Below, one piece after another: positions 29,375 to 39,147 of a stretch of DNA of 64,000 nt. The first letter of the stretch is position 1. Each line of letters opens with the position of its first letter. The DNA comes from Pseudomonadota bacterium (GTDB taxonomy: Bacteria > Pseudomonadota > Alphaproteobacteria > Micropepsales > Micropepsaceae), in the NCBI GenBank assembly GCA_018241025.1, contig JAFEEQ010000009.1, forward strand, positions 8,065 through 72,064, written 5' to 3'. The translations under genes were made by a program, and so were the position numbers. Under the pieces are notes generated by a model that saw nothing but the letters and a program-made list of their open reading frames with translations, did no database searches and was not told the DNA's origin.

Positions 29375-29905
29375 ATGCTTCCGCGCGACTGGGGTTTGGC
29401 CGCAGCGGCGGTCGCGCTCCTGCTTGACCAGGGGAGCAAGCTGCTTCTGCTCTATGGCTATGGCTTCAAGGCGCTGGGCGAGGCGCTGGCCCCGGCGATC
29501 TATTCGGTGCCGATATTGCCGTTCTTTAATCTGGACATGGTCTGGAACCCCGGGGTGAGCTACGGCCTCTTCCCGGCCCATAGCCGGGTGGGCTCGACCC
29601 TGCTGGTTTTCCTGTCTCTGGTCGCGATTTCCGTGCTCGGCTGGTGGCTCTGGCAGGCCAGCCGGAAGACGTTAACGATCGGCCTCGGCCTGATCATCGG
29701 CGGCGCCATCGGCAACAACCTGATCGACCGGCTGATCTATGGAAAGGTTGCCGACTTTTTCCACTTCTATGTCCTCGGCTATAGCTGGTATGTGTTCAAC
29801 GTGGCCGACGCGGCCATCACCCTCGGGGTGATCGCGCTGCTCTATGATGCGCTCATCAGGCCGGAAGAACCGGCCGGCGCCGGTACAAGTCAGGTTCGGG
29901 AGTAG
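29375..29905 (+). CDS. lspA: Signal peptidase II
   Basis: DQGSK, WNPGVSYG, GGAIGNNLIDR, VFNVADAAI. Confidence 0.95.
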   Translation: MLPRDWGLAAAAVALLLDQGSKLLLLYGYGFKALGEALAPAIYSVPILPFFNLDMVWNPGVSYGLFPAHSRVGSTLLVFLSLVAISVLGWWLWQASRKTLTIGLGLIIGGAIGNNLIDRLIYGKVADFFHFYVLGYSWYVFNVADAAITLGVIALLYDALIRPEEPAGAGTSQVRE

Positions 29906-29908
29906 TTC

Positions 29909-30511
29909 ATGCATTCGCGCCGCTTCATGCAGATTGCGCTTCTCGTCGGTGCCGCCGCGCTGCTCACCGGCTGCGAGACGATCCAGAAGGCCGCCGGCAA
30001 CGGCAAGGACTCACCCGACGAGTTCGCCGTCGTCACCAAGGCGCCGCTGGTGATCCCGCCCGACTTCAACCTGAAGCCGCCGGCCCCCGGCACCGAGCCG
30101 ACCAACCAGGTTGAGCCGACCCAGGCGGCGGAGAACGCGCTGTTCGGTTCCGATCCGGCGACCGTCGCTTCCTCGCTCCCTGCCACCATGAGCGACGGCG
30201 AGCGTTATCTCCTCGCCTATGCGCGCGTGCAGGACGCAGACCCGGCGATCCGCCAGGAACTGGCCTCCGACATCCGCGGCATGCGGGGTGCCGATGACAG
30301 CTTCACCAACGACGTCCTGTTCTGGACCGGTCCGTCGACCGGCGGGAAGCCGGTCGATGCCGATGCCGAAGCGCGCCGCATCGATGCCGAGCGCACCGGC
30401 GGTGCGCCGCCGGCAGCCGGCGCGCCTCCGGCGCCGTCCGCTCCCCCGCCGCCGGCCGACGATTCCACGTCGGACGATGGCGGCTGGCTCGACAATCTCT
30501 GGCCGTTCTGA
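29909..30511 (+). CDS. DUF3035 family lipoprotein
   Basis: Lipobox LTGC; PDEFAVVTKAPLVIPPDFNLKPP. Confidence 0.9.
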   Translation: MHSRRFMQIALLVGAAALLTGCETIQKAAGNGKDSPDEFAVVTKAPLVIPPDFNLKPPAPGTEPTNQVEPTQAAENALFGSDPATVASSLPATMSDGERYLLAYARVQDADPAIRQELASDIRGMRGADDSFTNDVLFWTGPSTGGKPVDADAEARRIDAERTGGAPPAAGAPPAPSAPPPPADDSTSDDGGWLDNLWPF

Positions 30512-30552
30512 TCCGGTCTGGTGCCACGGGCGCCGCAAAACGGAGCCCTTCC

Positions 30553-31818
30553 ATGTCTGATCTGCCCTTTTCGATTTCGCTCGACCTCGCGCTGGGCGGT
30601 TCCGGCGCCTGTCCGCGCGCCGCTTTCGACGCTGCGCTGAATGCCGGCGCGCTCGACTGGCTGCGCGGCCAGGCGCGCTCGCTCGAACTGCTCAGCATCG
30701 TTGGCGAGACCGCGGACATCGACGCCGCGCGCGGCGTGGCCGCTGCGTTCACCAAGGACACCACGGATGTCGTGGTGCTCGGCATCGGCGGCTCGAGCCT
30801 CGGCGGCAAGGCGCTGTTGGCGCTCGCCGGCCCGGCCGCGCCGCGCGTCACGTTCTGCGACAATCCCGATCCCGATAGCTGGAGCCGGGCGCTCGCGGGC
30901 TACGATCTGCGGACGACACGCTTCATCGCGATCTCGAAATCCGGCGGCACGGCCGAGACGCTGATGCAGGCGCTGACCGCGGCCGACGCGATCGAGAAGG
31001 CGGGCGGCGGCAAATATCTCAAGCATCACTTCGCGATCGTCACCGAACCGAAGCCGAGTCCGCTGAAGGCTTTCGCCGAACAGATCGGCGCGCCGGTGCT
31101 CGATCATCCGCTCGGTATCGGCGGGCGCTATTCGGTGGTCAGCATCGTCGGCTTGTTGCCGGCGCTGATACTCGGACTCGATGTCGCGGCCTTCCGCGCC
31201 GGCGCCAAAGCCGTCGTCGATGCGATGCTCGCGAGCGATGGCGCGGCCAATAGCGTCCTCGCCGGCGCCGCCCTGCATCACGCGCTCGCAGGGCAGGGCC
31301 GCATGCGCGAGACGGTGCTGTGGTGCTATGCCGACAGGCTCGCGACGCTCGGTGCCTGGTGGCGCCAGCTCTGGGCCGAGAGTCTCGGCAAGGGCGGCAA
31401 GGGCTCGTCGCCGGTAGCGGCCGTCGGCCCGGTCGATCAGCACAGCCAGCTGCAGCATTTCCGCGACGGGCCGAACGACACTTTCTACACGATCGTCACC
31501 ACCGACACGGCGGGCAAGGGCCCGGTCGCGCCGCGCGAACGGGCCGATGCACTCGGTCTCGGCTATCTCGCCGGTCGGAGCATCGGCGATCTCGTCGATG
31601 CCGAAGCGCGCGCGACCGCGCAGACCCTGTCGCGCAACGGCCGCCCGGTCCGGACCATCCATGTCCCGCGCATCGACGAACGCGCCTTCGGCGGGCTGAT
31701 GATGCATTTCATGCTCGAGACGATCCTGATGGGCCGCCTGATGGGCGTCGATCCCTTCGACCAGCCCGGCGTGGAAGAGGGAAAGGTGTTGGCCCGGGAA
31801 TATCTGGCGCAAAAATAA
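30553..31818 (+). CDS. pgi: Glucose-6-phosphate isomerase (short form)
   Basis: GIGGSSLG, ISKSGGTAET, GGRYSV, QLWAESLGK, DQHSQLQ, PFDQPGVEEGK. Confidence 0.88.
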   Translation: MSDLPFSISLDLALGGSGACPRAAFDAALNAGALDWLRGQARSLELLSIVGETADIDAARGVAAAFTKDTTDVVVLGIGGSSLGGKALLALAGPAAPRVTFCDNPDPDSWSRALAGYDLRTTRFIAISKSGGTAETLMQALTAADAIEKAGGGKYLKHHFAIVTEPKPSPLKAFAEQIGAPVLDHPLGIGGRYSVVSIVGLLPALILGLDVAAFRAGAKAVVDAMLASDGAANSVLAGAALHHALAGQGRMRETVLWCYADRLATLGAWWRQLWAESLGKGGKGSSPVAAVGPVDQHSQLQHFRDGPNDTFYTIVTTDTAGKGPVAPRERADALGLGYLAGRSIGDLVDAEARATAQTLSRNGRPVRTIHVPRIDERAFGGLMMHFMLETILMGRLMGVDPFDQPGVEEGKVLAREYLAQK

Positions 31819-31826
31819 GCGCCGAC

Positions 31827-31850
31827 CCACCTCCCATGATGGGAAGGTGG
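31827..31850 (+). terminator. Hairpin with U-rich tail after pgi
   Basis: CCACCTCCCATGATGGGAAGGTGG followed by TTTCTTT; also resembles a family C half-element. Confidence 0.5.
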
Positions 31851-31925
31851 TTTCTTTCCTATCCATCCACAGCCGCGCTTGGTCGACGGTTTTGTCCGTC
31901 CGGACCCCGCACCTAATATTCCTTC

Positions 31926-33722
31926 ATGACGATTCGCCGCCTGTCCGAGGGAACCGTGAACCGCATCGCCGCCGGCGAGGTGGTGGAGCGGCCGGCGAGC
32001 GCGGTGAAGGAGCTGGTGGAAAACGCCCTCGATGCCGGCGCCACCCGCATCGACGTCGCAACGTCCAACGGCGGCGCCGACCTGATCCTCGTCGAAGACA
32101 ACGGCAGCGGCATGGAGGCGGCCGATCTCGCCCTCGCGGTCGAGCGTCACGCGACCTCCAAGCTTCCGGAAGACGATCTTTCGCACATCGTCACGATGGG
32201 CTTTCGCGGCGAGGCCTTGCCCTCCATCGGCGCCGTCGCACGCCTCGCCATCGCCAGCCGCACGGCGTCGGGCGATGCGTATGAAATCCGCGTCGAAGGC
32301 GGCGCGGCATCGGGGCCGCATCCCGTCGGCTTCCGCGCCAATGGCCAGCACGGCACGCGCGTCGAAGTCCGCGAGCTCTTCTTCGCGACGCCGGCGCGCC
32401 TCAAATTCCTCAAGAGCGCACGCTCCGAAGACCTCGCCACGCTCGACGTGATCAAGCGCCTTGCAATGGCGCGGCCCGAAGTCGGATTCACGCTGACGAT
32501 GGACGGCCGCCGTGCGCTCGACCTGCCGGCGGAAGAGGCGACTCTCGGCGAAGACGATGCCGGCCGGTTGCGCCGGCTCTCCCGTATCATGGGCCGCGAC
32601 TTCGCCGACAATGCCGCCCCGGTGAACGTCCTGCGCGAAGGCGTTTCGATCACCGGCTTCGCCGGCCTGCCGACCTACAACCGCGCCAACGCGCAGATGC
32701 AGTTCCTGTTCGTCAACGGACGTCCGGTGCGCGACAAGCTCTTGATCGGCGCGGTGCGCGGCGCCTATGCCGATTTCCTCGCGCGCGACCGCCATCCCGC
32801 GCTGGCGCTGTTCCTCGAATGCGATCCGGTTTTCGTCGACGTCAATGTGCATCCGGCGAAGACCGAGGTGCGCTTCCGCGATGCTGGTCTGGTGCGCGGC
32901 CTGATCGTCTCCTCGCTCAAGCGCGCATTGGCGGATGCCGGCCATCGCGCTGCGACCACGGTCGCCGATGCCGCGCTTGCCGCCTTCCGCCCGCAGACAA
33001 CCGCGCCGTTCTATCAGCAGAGCTACGCCTCGCGCCCGGCCTCCGCGAATGATCCGGCGCGCAGCTTCTACGCGCCGCTTCTGCCCGCCGAAGCCGCGCC
33101 CGCCGCGCCGATGGCGGAAGCACCGATGGCCCCGCCTTCCGATCTGCCGCTCGGCGTTGCGCGCGCGCAGCTGCACGAGACCTATGTCGTCGCCCAGACC
33201 GCCGACGGCATCGTCATCGTCGATCAGCATGCGGCGCATGAGCGTCTCGTCTACGAGCGCATGAAGAAGGCGCTCGCCAATGGCGGCATCGCGCGCCAGC
33301 CACTGCTCATTCCCGAAGTCGTCGACCTCGATCCCGCCGAGGTCACGCGCCTCGCCGGCCGCGCCGCGGAACTCGCCGAACTCGGCCTCGTGCTCGAAGC
33401 TTTCGGTCCCGACGCCGTCGTGGTGCGCGAGATGCCGGCGATGCTGGAGAAGGCCGACATCAAGGGCCTCGTCCGCGACCTCGCCGACGACATCGCCGAG
33501 ACCGGCAATGCGCATTCGCTGAAAGAGCGGCTGGAAGAGGTCGCCGGCACGCTCGCTTGCCACACCTCGGTGCGCGCCGGTCGCCGCCTCAATGCCGAGG
33601 AGATGAACGCGCTGTTGCGCGAGATGGAAGCGACGCCGCATTCCGGCCAGTGCAACCATGGCCGCCCGACCTATGTCGAACTGAAACTTTCCGACATCGA
33701 GCGCCTGTTCGGCCGGCGTTGA
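31926..33722 (+). CDS. mutL: DNA mismatch repair endonuclease MutL
   Basis: [44 protein letters not shown]. Confidence 0.98.
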   Translation: MTIRRLSEGTVNRIAAGEVVERPASAVKELVENALDAGATRIDVATSNGGADLILVEDNGSGMEAADLALAVERHATSKLPEDDLSHIVTMGFRGEALPSIGAVARLAIASRTASGDAYEIRVEGGAASGPHPVGFRANGQHGTRVEVRELFFATPARLKFLKSARSEDLATLDVIKRLAMARPEVGFTLTMDGRRALDLPAEEATLGEDDAGRLRRLSRIMGRDFADNAAPVNVLREGVSITGFAGLPTYNRANAQMQFLFVNGRPVRDKLLIGAVRGAYADFLARDRHPALALFLECDPVFVDVNVHPAKTEVRFRDAGLVRGLIVSSLKRALADAGHRAATTVADAALAAFRPQTTAPFYQQSYASRPASANDPARSFYAPLLPAEAAPAAPMAEAPMAPPSDLPLGVARAQLHETYVVAQTADGIVIVDQHAAHERLVYERMKKALANGGIARQPLLIPEVVDLDPAEVTRLAGRAAELAELGLVLEAFGPDAVVVREMPAMLEKADIKGLVRDLADDIAETGNAHSLKERLEEVAGTLACHTSVRAGRRLNAEEMNALLREMEATPHSGQCNHGRPTYVELKLSDIERLFGRR

Positions 33723-33828
33723 CGCCTGTTTAACGCTGTTTCGCGATGGCACTCTGTGGTCTGCCCAAGACAAGTATTTGTTCACGACTGGACGGCGATC
33801 ATACCCATGTTGGGTTTGGGAGTGCGCT

Positions 33829-34932
33829 GTGCTGAAGGCGCTCGATCGGGAGACGCGCAGGACGCTGTCGCAGCAGGAGCTGAACGGCATCCTGCTCGCG
33901 CATGAGCGCCTGCTGACCTATCAGAAGGGCGCGGCCAAGGCCGAGCTTGCGCATGCGCGGCTCGACGGCCTCAACCTCGCCAACCGCAATCTCGCCGAGG
34001 CCGATCTCTCTTTCGCATCGATGGTCGGCGCCACGGCCTTCGGCACCAGTCTGGAACGCGCAATCCTGCATTGCAGCGACATGCGCGACAGCGATTTCTC
34101 TTCCGCCCGGCTGATGCGTGCCGAAATGCGCGGCGCCTCGATCTGCGGCGCGCGCCTGTCCTATGCCAAGCTCGACGGCGCCGATCTGCGCGCGGTCACC
34201 GTCGCCTATCGCGGACCGGGCGCGGTGTCGAACGAAGAGCGCGTCCACACGGTCGATTTCTCGAACGCCTCGCTCAAGGGCGTTTCGTTCGGTCATGCCA
34301 AGCTCGAAGGCTGCAATTTCGACGGCGCGCTGCTGCAGGGCGCGAACTTCAAGAACGCGCAGCTCGCAAATGTTACCTTCCGCAATGCCGTGCTCACCGG
34401 GGCCAATCTCTCCGGCCACGCGATCCCGCCCGACGCGCTCGAAGGCTGCGTCATGGGCGTGTCCGAGGAAGCGGCGGAGCGGGTCGAGCATCTGAAGGCG
34501 AAGCTCGCCGGTCACTGCGCCTTCGTCACCAGCGGCGCGACCAAAGGTGCGCCGACGGCGCTCGATGGCGAGGATCTGCGTCCATTGGCAGAGGTCTTCG
34601 CCGGCAGCCCCCTGACGGGCCTTGTGCTGCGCCGCGCAATCGCCATCGGCATCGACTTCTCGGGTTGCCAGCTCCAGGGCGCGCGGCTCGACGGCGCCGA
34701 TCTGCGCGAGTGCGATTTCTCCGATGCCGATCTGCGGGGGGCCTCGTTCAAGGGCGCCAAGCTCGCGCATGCGAAGTTCGACAAGGCCAATCTCGGCAGT
34801 CTCAAACTGCCGAACGGTGCATCGCTGTCGCCCGATTTCAGCGGCGCCGAGGCCGATCGCGAACAGTTCCGCTATGCGATCCTCGAGGGCTCGCCGGCGG
34901 CCATCGGCATTCCGGCAAAGATCGCGGCCTGA
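33829..34932 (+). CDS. Pentapeptide repeat protein
   Basis: Long A(D/N)L/Fxx runs in two blocks; GTG start after GGGAG; C-terminus ends in AA. Confidence 0.88.
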   Translation: MLKALDRETRRTLSQQELNGILLAHERLLTYQKGAAKAELAHARLDGLNLANRNLAEADLSFASMVGATAFGTSLERAILHCSDMRDSDFSSARLMRAEMRGASICGARLSYAKLDGADLRAVTVAYRGPGAVSNEERVHTVDFSNASLKGVSFGHAKLEGCNFDGALLQGANFKNAQLANVTFRNAVLTGANLSGHAIPPDALEGCVMGVSEEAAERVEHLKAKLAGHCAFVTSGATKGAPTALDGEDLRPLAEVFAGSPLTGLVLRRAIAIGIDFSGCQLQGARLDGADLRECDFSDADLRGASFKGAKLAHAKFDKANLGSLKLPNGASLSPDFSGAEADREQFRYAILEGSPAAIGIPAKIAA

Positions 34933-34935
34933 AGA

Positions 34936-35574
34936 CTAAAGATCCCGTGCCATCCGGCGCAGGCCCGGCACGCCCATCGCCGCTTCGAATTCCTCCGCCG
35001 TCTTGTCTTCCGCAAAGACGAAACCGCAGGCGCTGTAGCAGCGCTCGGCCGGGACATTGCCGATCAGGAAGCTGATCTGCGCCCGCTTCGGACCGCTTTC
35101 GCTCATGTCGTCGAGCATGTGCCGGATCAGCGCTGCCGCCACGCCGCGGCCGCGGAATTCCGGCTTCGTCGCCACGTTCTCGATCGTCCAGCAATTCTCC
35201 TCGCCGGTCGTCGCGCTCAGGATGAAGCTGCCGCGCGGCCAGAGCTGTGCCTGTTCGGCTTTCGACAGCCCCATCGCATCGGACGCTTCGGTCATCGCCG
35301 CATTCGCAACCATGTAGGGCGCGCTGTCCGGATAGGTGCAGGCCGCTGCGGCGACGGCGCCGTCGACCTCGGCGATGGTCACGAAGGAATAATGCCACCA
35401 CGATACGGACTTCGCGATCGCCAGCTTCGCGGCGAAGGCGATGCAGAAATCCTCGTCGCGCTGGAGCACGATCTCGAACCAGCCGCGCGACAGGTGTCCG
35501 CGGGCGGCCATGACCTGGGACCGGCCGATGAAGGCGGCATCGGCGGGGGTTGCGGGGCGAAAGGTTGTCGTCAT
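34936..35574 (-). CDS. GNAT N-acetyltransferase
   Basis: NVATKPEFRGRGVA, NVPAERCYSACGF. Confidence 0.85.
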   Translation of the reverse strand: MTTTFRPATPADAAFIGRSQVMAARGHLSRGWFEIVLQRDEDFCIAFAAKLAIAKSVSWWHYSFVTIAEVDGAVAAAACTYPDSAPYMVANAAMTEASDAMGLSKAEQAQLWPRGSFILSATTGEENCWTIENVATKPEFRGRGVAAALIRHMLDDMSESGPKRAQISFLIGNVPAERCYSACGFVFAEDKTAEEFEAAMGVPGLRRMARDL

Positions 35575-35788
35575 GGCCACACCTTAGCGCAATCGCGCTG
35601 CGTGTGGTGTGCTGCCGATTGCGCGGCTGGCTGAACCGGTCTAGCGTCCGCGCCGTTCGTTTACGAGGTCTGTCCCAGCGTGTTGGTCGGTCGCCTGAAA
35701 TAACTGGCACTCCGGTGTCGTGCCCCAAGAGGCCCGCCGGATGGCGCATAGCGCCCTTTCCGATCCATCACGTTATTTCGGGACTCCC

Positions 35789-36979
35789 ATGGCCTTCTTC
35801 CACAATCGCGACGTCAATCTCGTCACCCTTCATTCCGCCATCGCCGCCGCCGCAATGGGCAGCGGCGGCGCCTTCTGGTCCGTCTACATGCTGAAAGCCG
35901 GCGTCAGCGTGCCGTCCGTCCTGCTCGTTCTAGCCGCGACCTTCCTGTCGCGTCTGGCGATGCGTGGCGCCCTCCTGCCGTTTGCCATCCGTATCGGATT
36001 GCGCCGCTCGCTCATCGTCGGAACGCTGCTGATGGCGGCGTCCTTTCCCTTCGTCGCCGAGGTGCATGGCATAGGCCCGGCGATCTACATCCTCGTCTGC
36101 GTCACGGCCTTCGCCGATACGGTCTACTGGCCGAGCTATCACGCCTATTACGCCACCATCGGCGACGAGGACCATCGCGGCCAGCAGCTCGGCCTGCGCG
36201 AGGCGATCTCGGCGTTGCTCGGCGTCGTCGCGCCGATCGCGGGCGGGTGGGTGCTCGTCACCTACGGTCCACGCGTCACCTTTGCCGTCACCGCGCTGAT
36301 CATGGCCGCGGGCGTTCTGCCGCTTCTGTGGACGCCCGACATCCCGGTGAAGAAAAGCGCGCCCGGCGCTTTCCTCTATGCATTGAAGCGCTCCGCGATC
36401 TTTGTCGGCGACGGCATCAACGCCGCCGGCTATTTCATGACCTGGCAGATCGCGCTCTTCCTCACCCTCGATCAGAGCTATCTCGCCTATGGCGGTGCGC
36501 TCGCCATCGCCTCGCTGGTCGGTGCGGTCAGCGGCCTGGCGCTCGGCCGCCTGATCGATTCCGGCAAGGGCTCGCGCGCCGTCTGGCTCGCCATCGGCCT
36601 TATCTCCTTCGTGATCGTGCTGCGCGCCTCCTCGCTCCACAGCCCGGCGCTAGCGGTGATCGCCAATGCGATGGGCTCGCTGGTCGGCTGCATCTACATC
36701 CCCACCATCGGCACGCCGATCTACAACCGCGCCAAGCGCTCGCCCTGCGTGATGCGGTTCAATCTGATCGCGGAAGGCGGCTGGGATGTCGGCAGCTCGC
36801 TCGGCCTTTCCATCGCTGCAGGCCTTGTCTGGCTCGGCGTGCCGCCCACGCGGGTTGTGTTCATTTCGCTCGCGGGGATCGCCATCGTCTTCGTCGCGCT
36901 CCGCAACTACTACGCCGAGCATGCGAATGAGCGGATCGATGCCGGTCTGACGGAGCCTCAGGACGGTGTGAAGATATGA
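35789..36979 (+). CDS. MFS-like transporter
   Basis: About 12 hydrophobic helices; GDEDHRGQQLG and GRLID loop motifs. Confidence 0.8.
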   Translation: MAFFHNRDVNLVTLHSAIAAAAMGSGGAFWSVYMLKAGVSVPSVLLVLAATFLSRLAMRGALLPFAIRIGLRRSLIVGTLLMAASFPFVAEVHGIGPAIYILVCVTAFADTVYWPSYHAYYATIGDEDHRGQQLGLREAISALLGVVAPIAGGWVLVTYGPRVTFAVTALIMAAGVLPLLWTPDIPVKKSAPGAFLYALKRSAIFVGDGINAAGYFMTWQIALFLTLDQSYLAYGGALAIASLVGAVSGLALGRLIDSGKGSRAVWLAIGLISFVIVLRASSLHSPALAVIANAMGSLVGCIYIPTIGTPIYNRAKRSPCVMRFNLIAEGGWDVGSSLGLSIAAGLVWLGVPPTRVVFISLAGIAIVFVALRNYYAEHANERIDAGLTEPQDGVKI

Positions 36980-37518
36980 ACCGCGGTCTCGCCATAGACG
37001 CGCCGGTCGAGCGGTGTGAAGCCTGATGCGTCCAGCGTCTCGTCTTCCGCCGTCTCGGCGATGACGAGTGCGCCGGGGCGCAGCCATCCGCCGCCCAGAA
37101 GGCTCGCGAGGGCAGGGGCGGTCAGGTCCTTGCGATAGGGCGCATCGAGGAAGGCGAGATCGAACGGCCCGCCGGCGCCGGTCGCCATCGGCCCCAGGTC
37201 GCGCGCATCGCGGCGCCAGATCTTGGTCACGCCGGTGAGGTTCAGCGCCTCGACATTGGCGCGGATCAGCCCGCGGCTCTCCGCGCTGTCGTCGACGAAG
37301 AGCACGAAGCCGGCGCCGCGGCTCAGCGCCTCGATGCCAAGCGATCCGGTCCCCGCGTAGAGGTCGATCACCTTCGCGCCGTCGAGCGCGAAGTCCCAGG
37401 CGTTGTGCGCCAGGATATTGAAGATCGCCTGGCGCACCTTGTCCGAGGTCGGCCGCACCCGGTTGTCCGGCGGCTCGACGAGATTGCGCCCGCGCATCGT
37501 TCCGCCGGTGACCCTCAC
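36958..37518 (-). CDS. rsmD: 16S rRNA m2G966 methyltransferase
   Basis: RVTGGTMRGR, RPTSDKVR, DLYAGTGSLGIEALSRGA, FLDAPY. Confidence 0.93.
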   Translation of the reverse strand: MRVTGGTMRGRNLVEPPDNRVRPTSDKVRQAIFNILAHNAWDFALDGAKVIDLYAGTGSLGIEALSRGAGFVLFVDDSAESRGLIRANVEALNLTGVTKIWRRDARDLGPMATGAGGPFDLAFLDAPYRKDLTAPALASLLGGGWLRPGALVIAETAEDETLDASGFTPLDRRVYGETAVHIFTPS

Positions 37519-37919
37519 AGCGTTTTCCGCATGAAATAGCGGAAATGTCCGCCTGAGACCGGCACCTCGCCGAAGCAGTCATAGCCAAGCGCTTCATAGA
37601 ACGGCCGCGCCTGCCAGCTCAGCGTATGCAGCCAGACCATCTTCGCGCCGAGGCGCCGCCCCTCCGCTTCCGCCATCTCGAGCATCGCCTTGCCGTGGCC
37701 CTTGCCGCGCAGGCTGTCGTCGATCCAGACGGTGCCGATATAGAACGAGCCCATCCACACCCGGCCGACGACGCCGCCGACAATCTTGCCGCCGTCGTCA
37801 CGCACCGAGACCTGCACCTGCTGCGGATCCGAGGTGTCGGCGATGCGCTCGTTGAACGCCTTCAGTCCGGCGTCGAGCGCCGGCGCGACGTCCTCGCCCG
37901 GATCGACGGCAATCCTCAT
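37515..37919 (-). CDS. GNAT N-acetyltransferase
   Basis: VWIDDSLRGKGHG, TLSWQARPFYEALGY. Confidence 0.88.
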   Translation of the reverse strand: MRIAVDPGEDVAPALDAGLKAFNERIADTSDPQQVQVSVRDDGGKIVGGVVGRVWMGSFYIGTVWIDDSLRGKGHGKAMLEMAEAEGRRLGAKMVWLHTLSWQARPFYEALGYDCFGEVPVSGGHFRYFMRKTL

Positions 37920-38923
37920 TTCGGCTCGTCGGAAACCTGGATCAGCAGCTTGCCGGTGTTCTTGCCGGTGAACAGCATGTCGAGCGAGGGCAGGGCGCTT
38001 TCGATCCCCTTCACGATGGTGGTGTCGTATTTGATCTTGCCCTGCATCACCCACGGCGCCATCTCGGCGATGAACTCGCCGAAGCGCGGCAGGTAGTCGA
38101 TGATGATGAAGCCCTCGATCCGCGCCCGCTTCATCAGGATATTGGTGATGTTGGTTCCCGCCATCTGCCCGGTGGCGTTGTATTGCGAGATCATCCCGCA
38201 CAGCACGATACGCGCCTTCATCGCCAGATTGTCCATCACCGCATCGAGGATCGCGCCGCCGGCATTCTCGAAATCGATGTCGATGCCGTTCGGACATTCG
38301 CGCTTCAGCGCTGCGCGCATGTCCTTCTCGGTCTTGTAGTTGATGCAGGCATCGAAGCCGAAATCCTTGACCAGATGCCTGCACTTCTCGTCCGATCCCG
38401 CGATACCGACGACGCGGCAGCCCTTCAGCTTCGCGATCTGCCCGACGATCGAGCCGACGGCGCCCGCTGCGGCGCTCACCACCACCGTCTCGCCCGGCTG
38501 CGGCTTTCCGAGATCGAGCAGGCCGAAATAGGCCGTCGCCCCCGTGGCGCCGAGAACGCTCATATAGGCGGGCAGTGGCACGCCTGGAGGCATCTTCTGC
38601 GCCATCGGCACGGCGGCATATTCCTGCCAGCCGGTGAAGGTGTTCACGACATCGCCCGGCTTGAAGTCGGGATTGTTCGACTGCTCGACCACGCTCAGCG
38701 TCCCGCCGCGCATCACCTCACCGAGCTCGACCGGCGGCATGTACTGTTCCATGTCGCTCATCCAGATGCGGTTGGTGGGATCGAGCGAGAGATAGACGGT
38801 GCGCACCAGGATCTCGCCCGGCCCCGGCACCGGGATCGGCGACTCCACGAGTTCGAGATCGCCCGGCTTGATGTCGCCGACGGGCCGCTTCTTCAGGATC
38901 CACTGCCGATTACTGTTGCGCAT
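37916..38923 (-). CDS. NADP-dependent oxidoreductase (prostaglandin reductase/CurA-like)
   Basis: YLSLDP, TAYFGL, SAAAGAVGS, CGMISQYN, GKNTGK. Confidence 0.92.
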   Translation of the reverse strand: MRNSNRQWILKKRPVGDIKPGDLELVESPIPVPGPGEILVRTVYLSLDPTNRIWMSDMEQYMPPVELGEVMRGGTLSVVEQSNNPDFKPGDVVNTFTGWQEYAAVPMAQKMPPGVPLPAYMSVLGATGATAYFGLLDLGKPQPGETVVVSAAAGAVGSIVGQIAKLKGCRVVGIAGSDEKCRHLVKDFGFDACINYKTEKDMRAALKRECPNGIDIDFENAGGAILDAVMDNLAMKARIVLCGMISQYNATGQMAGTNITNILMKRARIEGFIIIDYLPRFGEFIAEMAPWVMQGKIKYDTTIVKGIESALPSLDMLFTGKNTGKLLIQVSDEPK

Positions 38924-38947
38924 GATGTTCTCCAGGTGCGGGACGGC

Positions 38948-39067
38948 CATCCTTCGACAGGCTCAGGATGAGGTCCGTGTGGAATTCAATTCCACAACGG
39001 CCCTCATCCTGAGCCTGCCAAAAGCTCAAACCTCATCCTGAGCCTGTCGAAGGATGGGGCTCGCGAT
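38948..39067. repeat. REP-like element, family A, with three arms
   Basis: Arm 38948-38973, internal TGTGGAATT/AATTCCACA palindrome, inverted arms 39002-39024 and 39031-39056. Confidence 0.9.
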
Positions 39068-39147
39068 ATCTATCCGCACCCTATCGCCGCATTCACGGAT
39101 AGGCGAGGGCGCTGGCACCGGGACGCAGCGGCAGCTATAGCGGTCCA

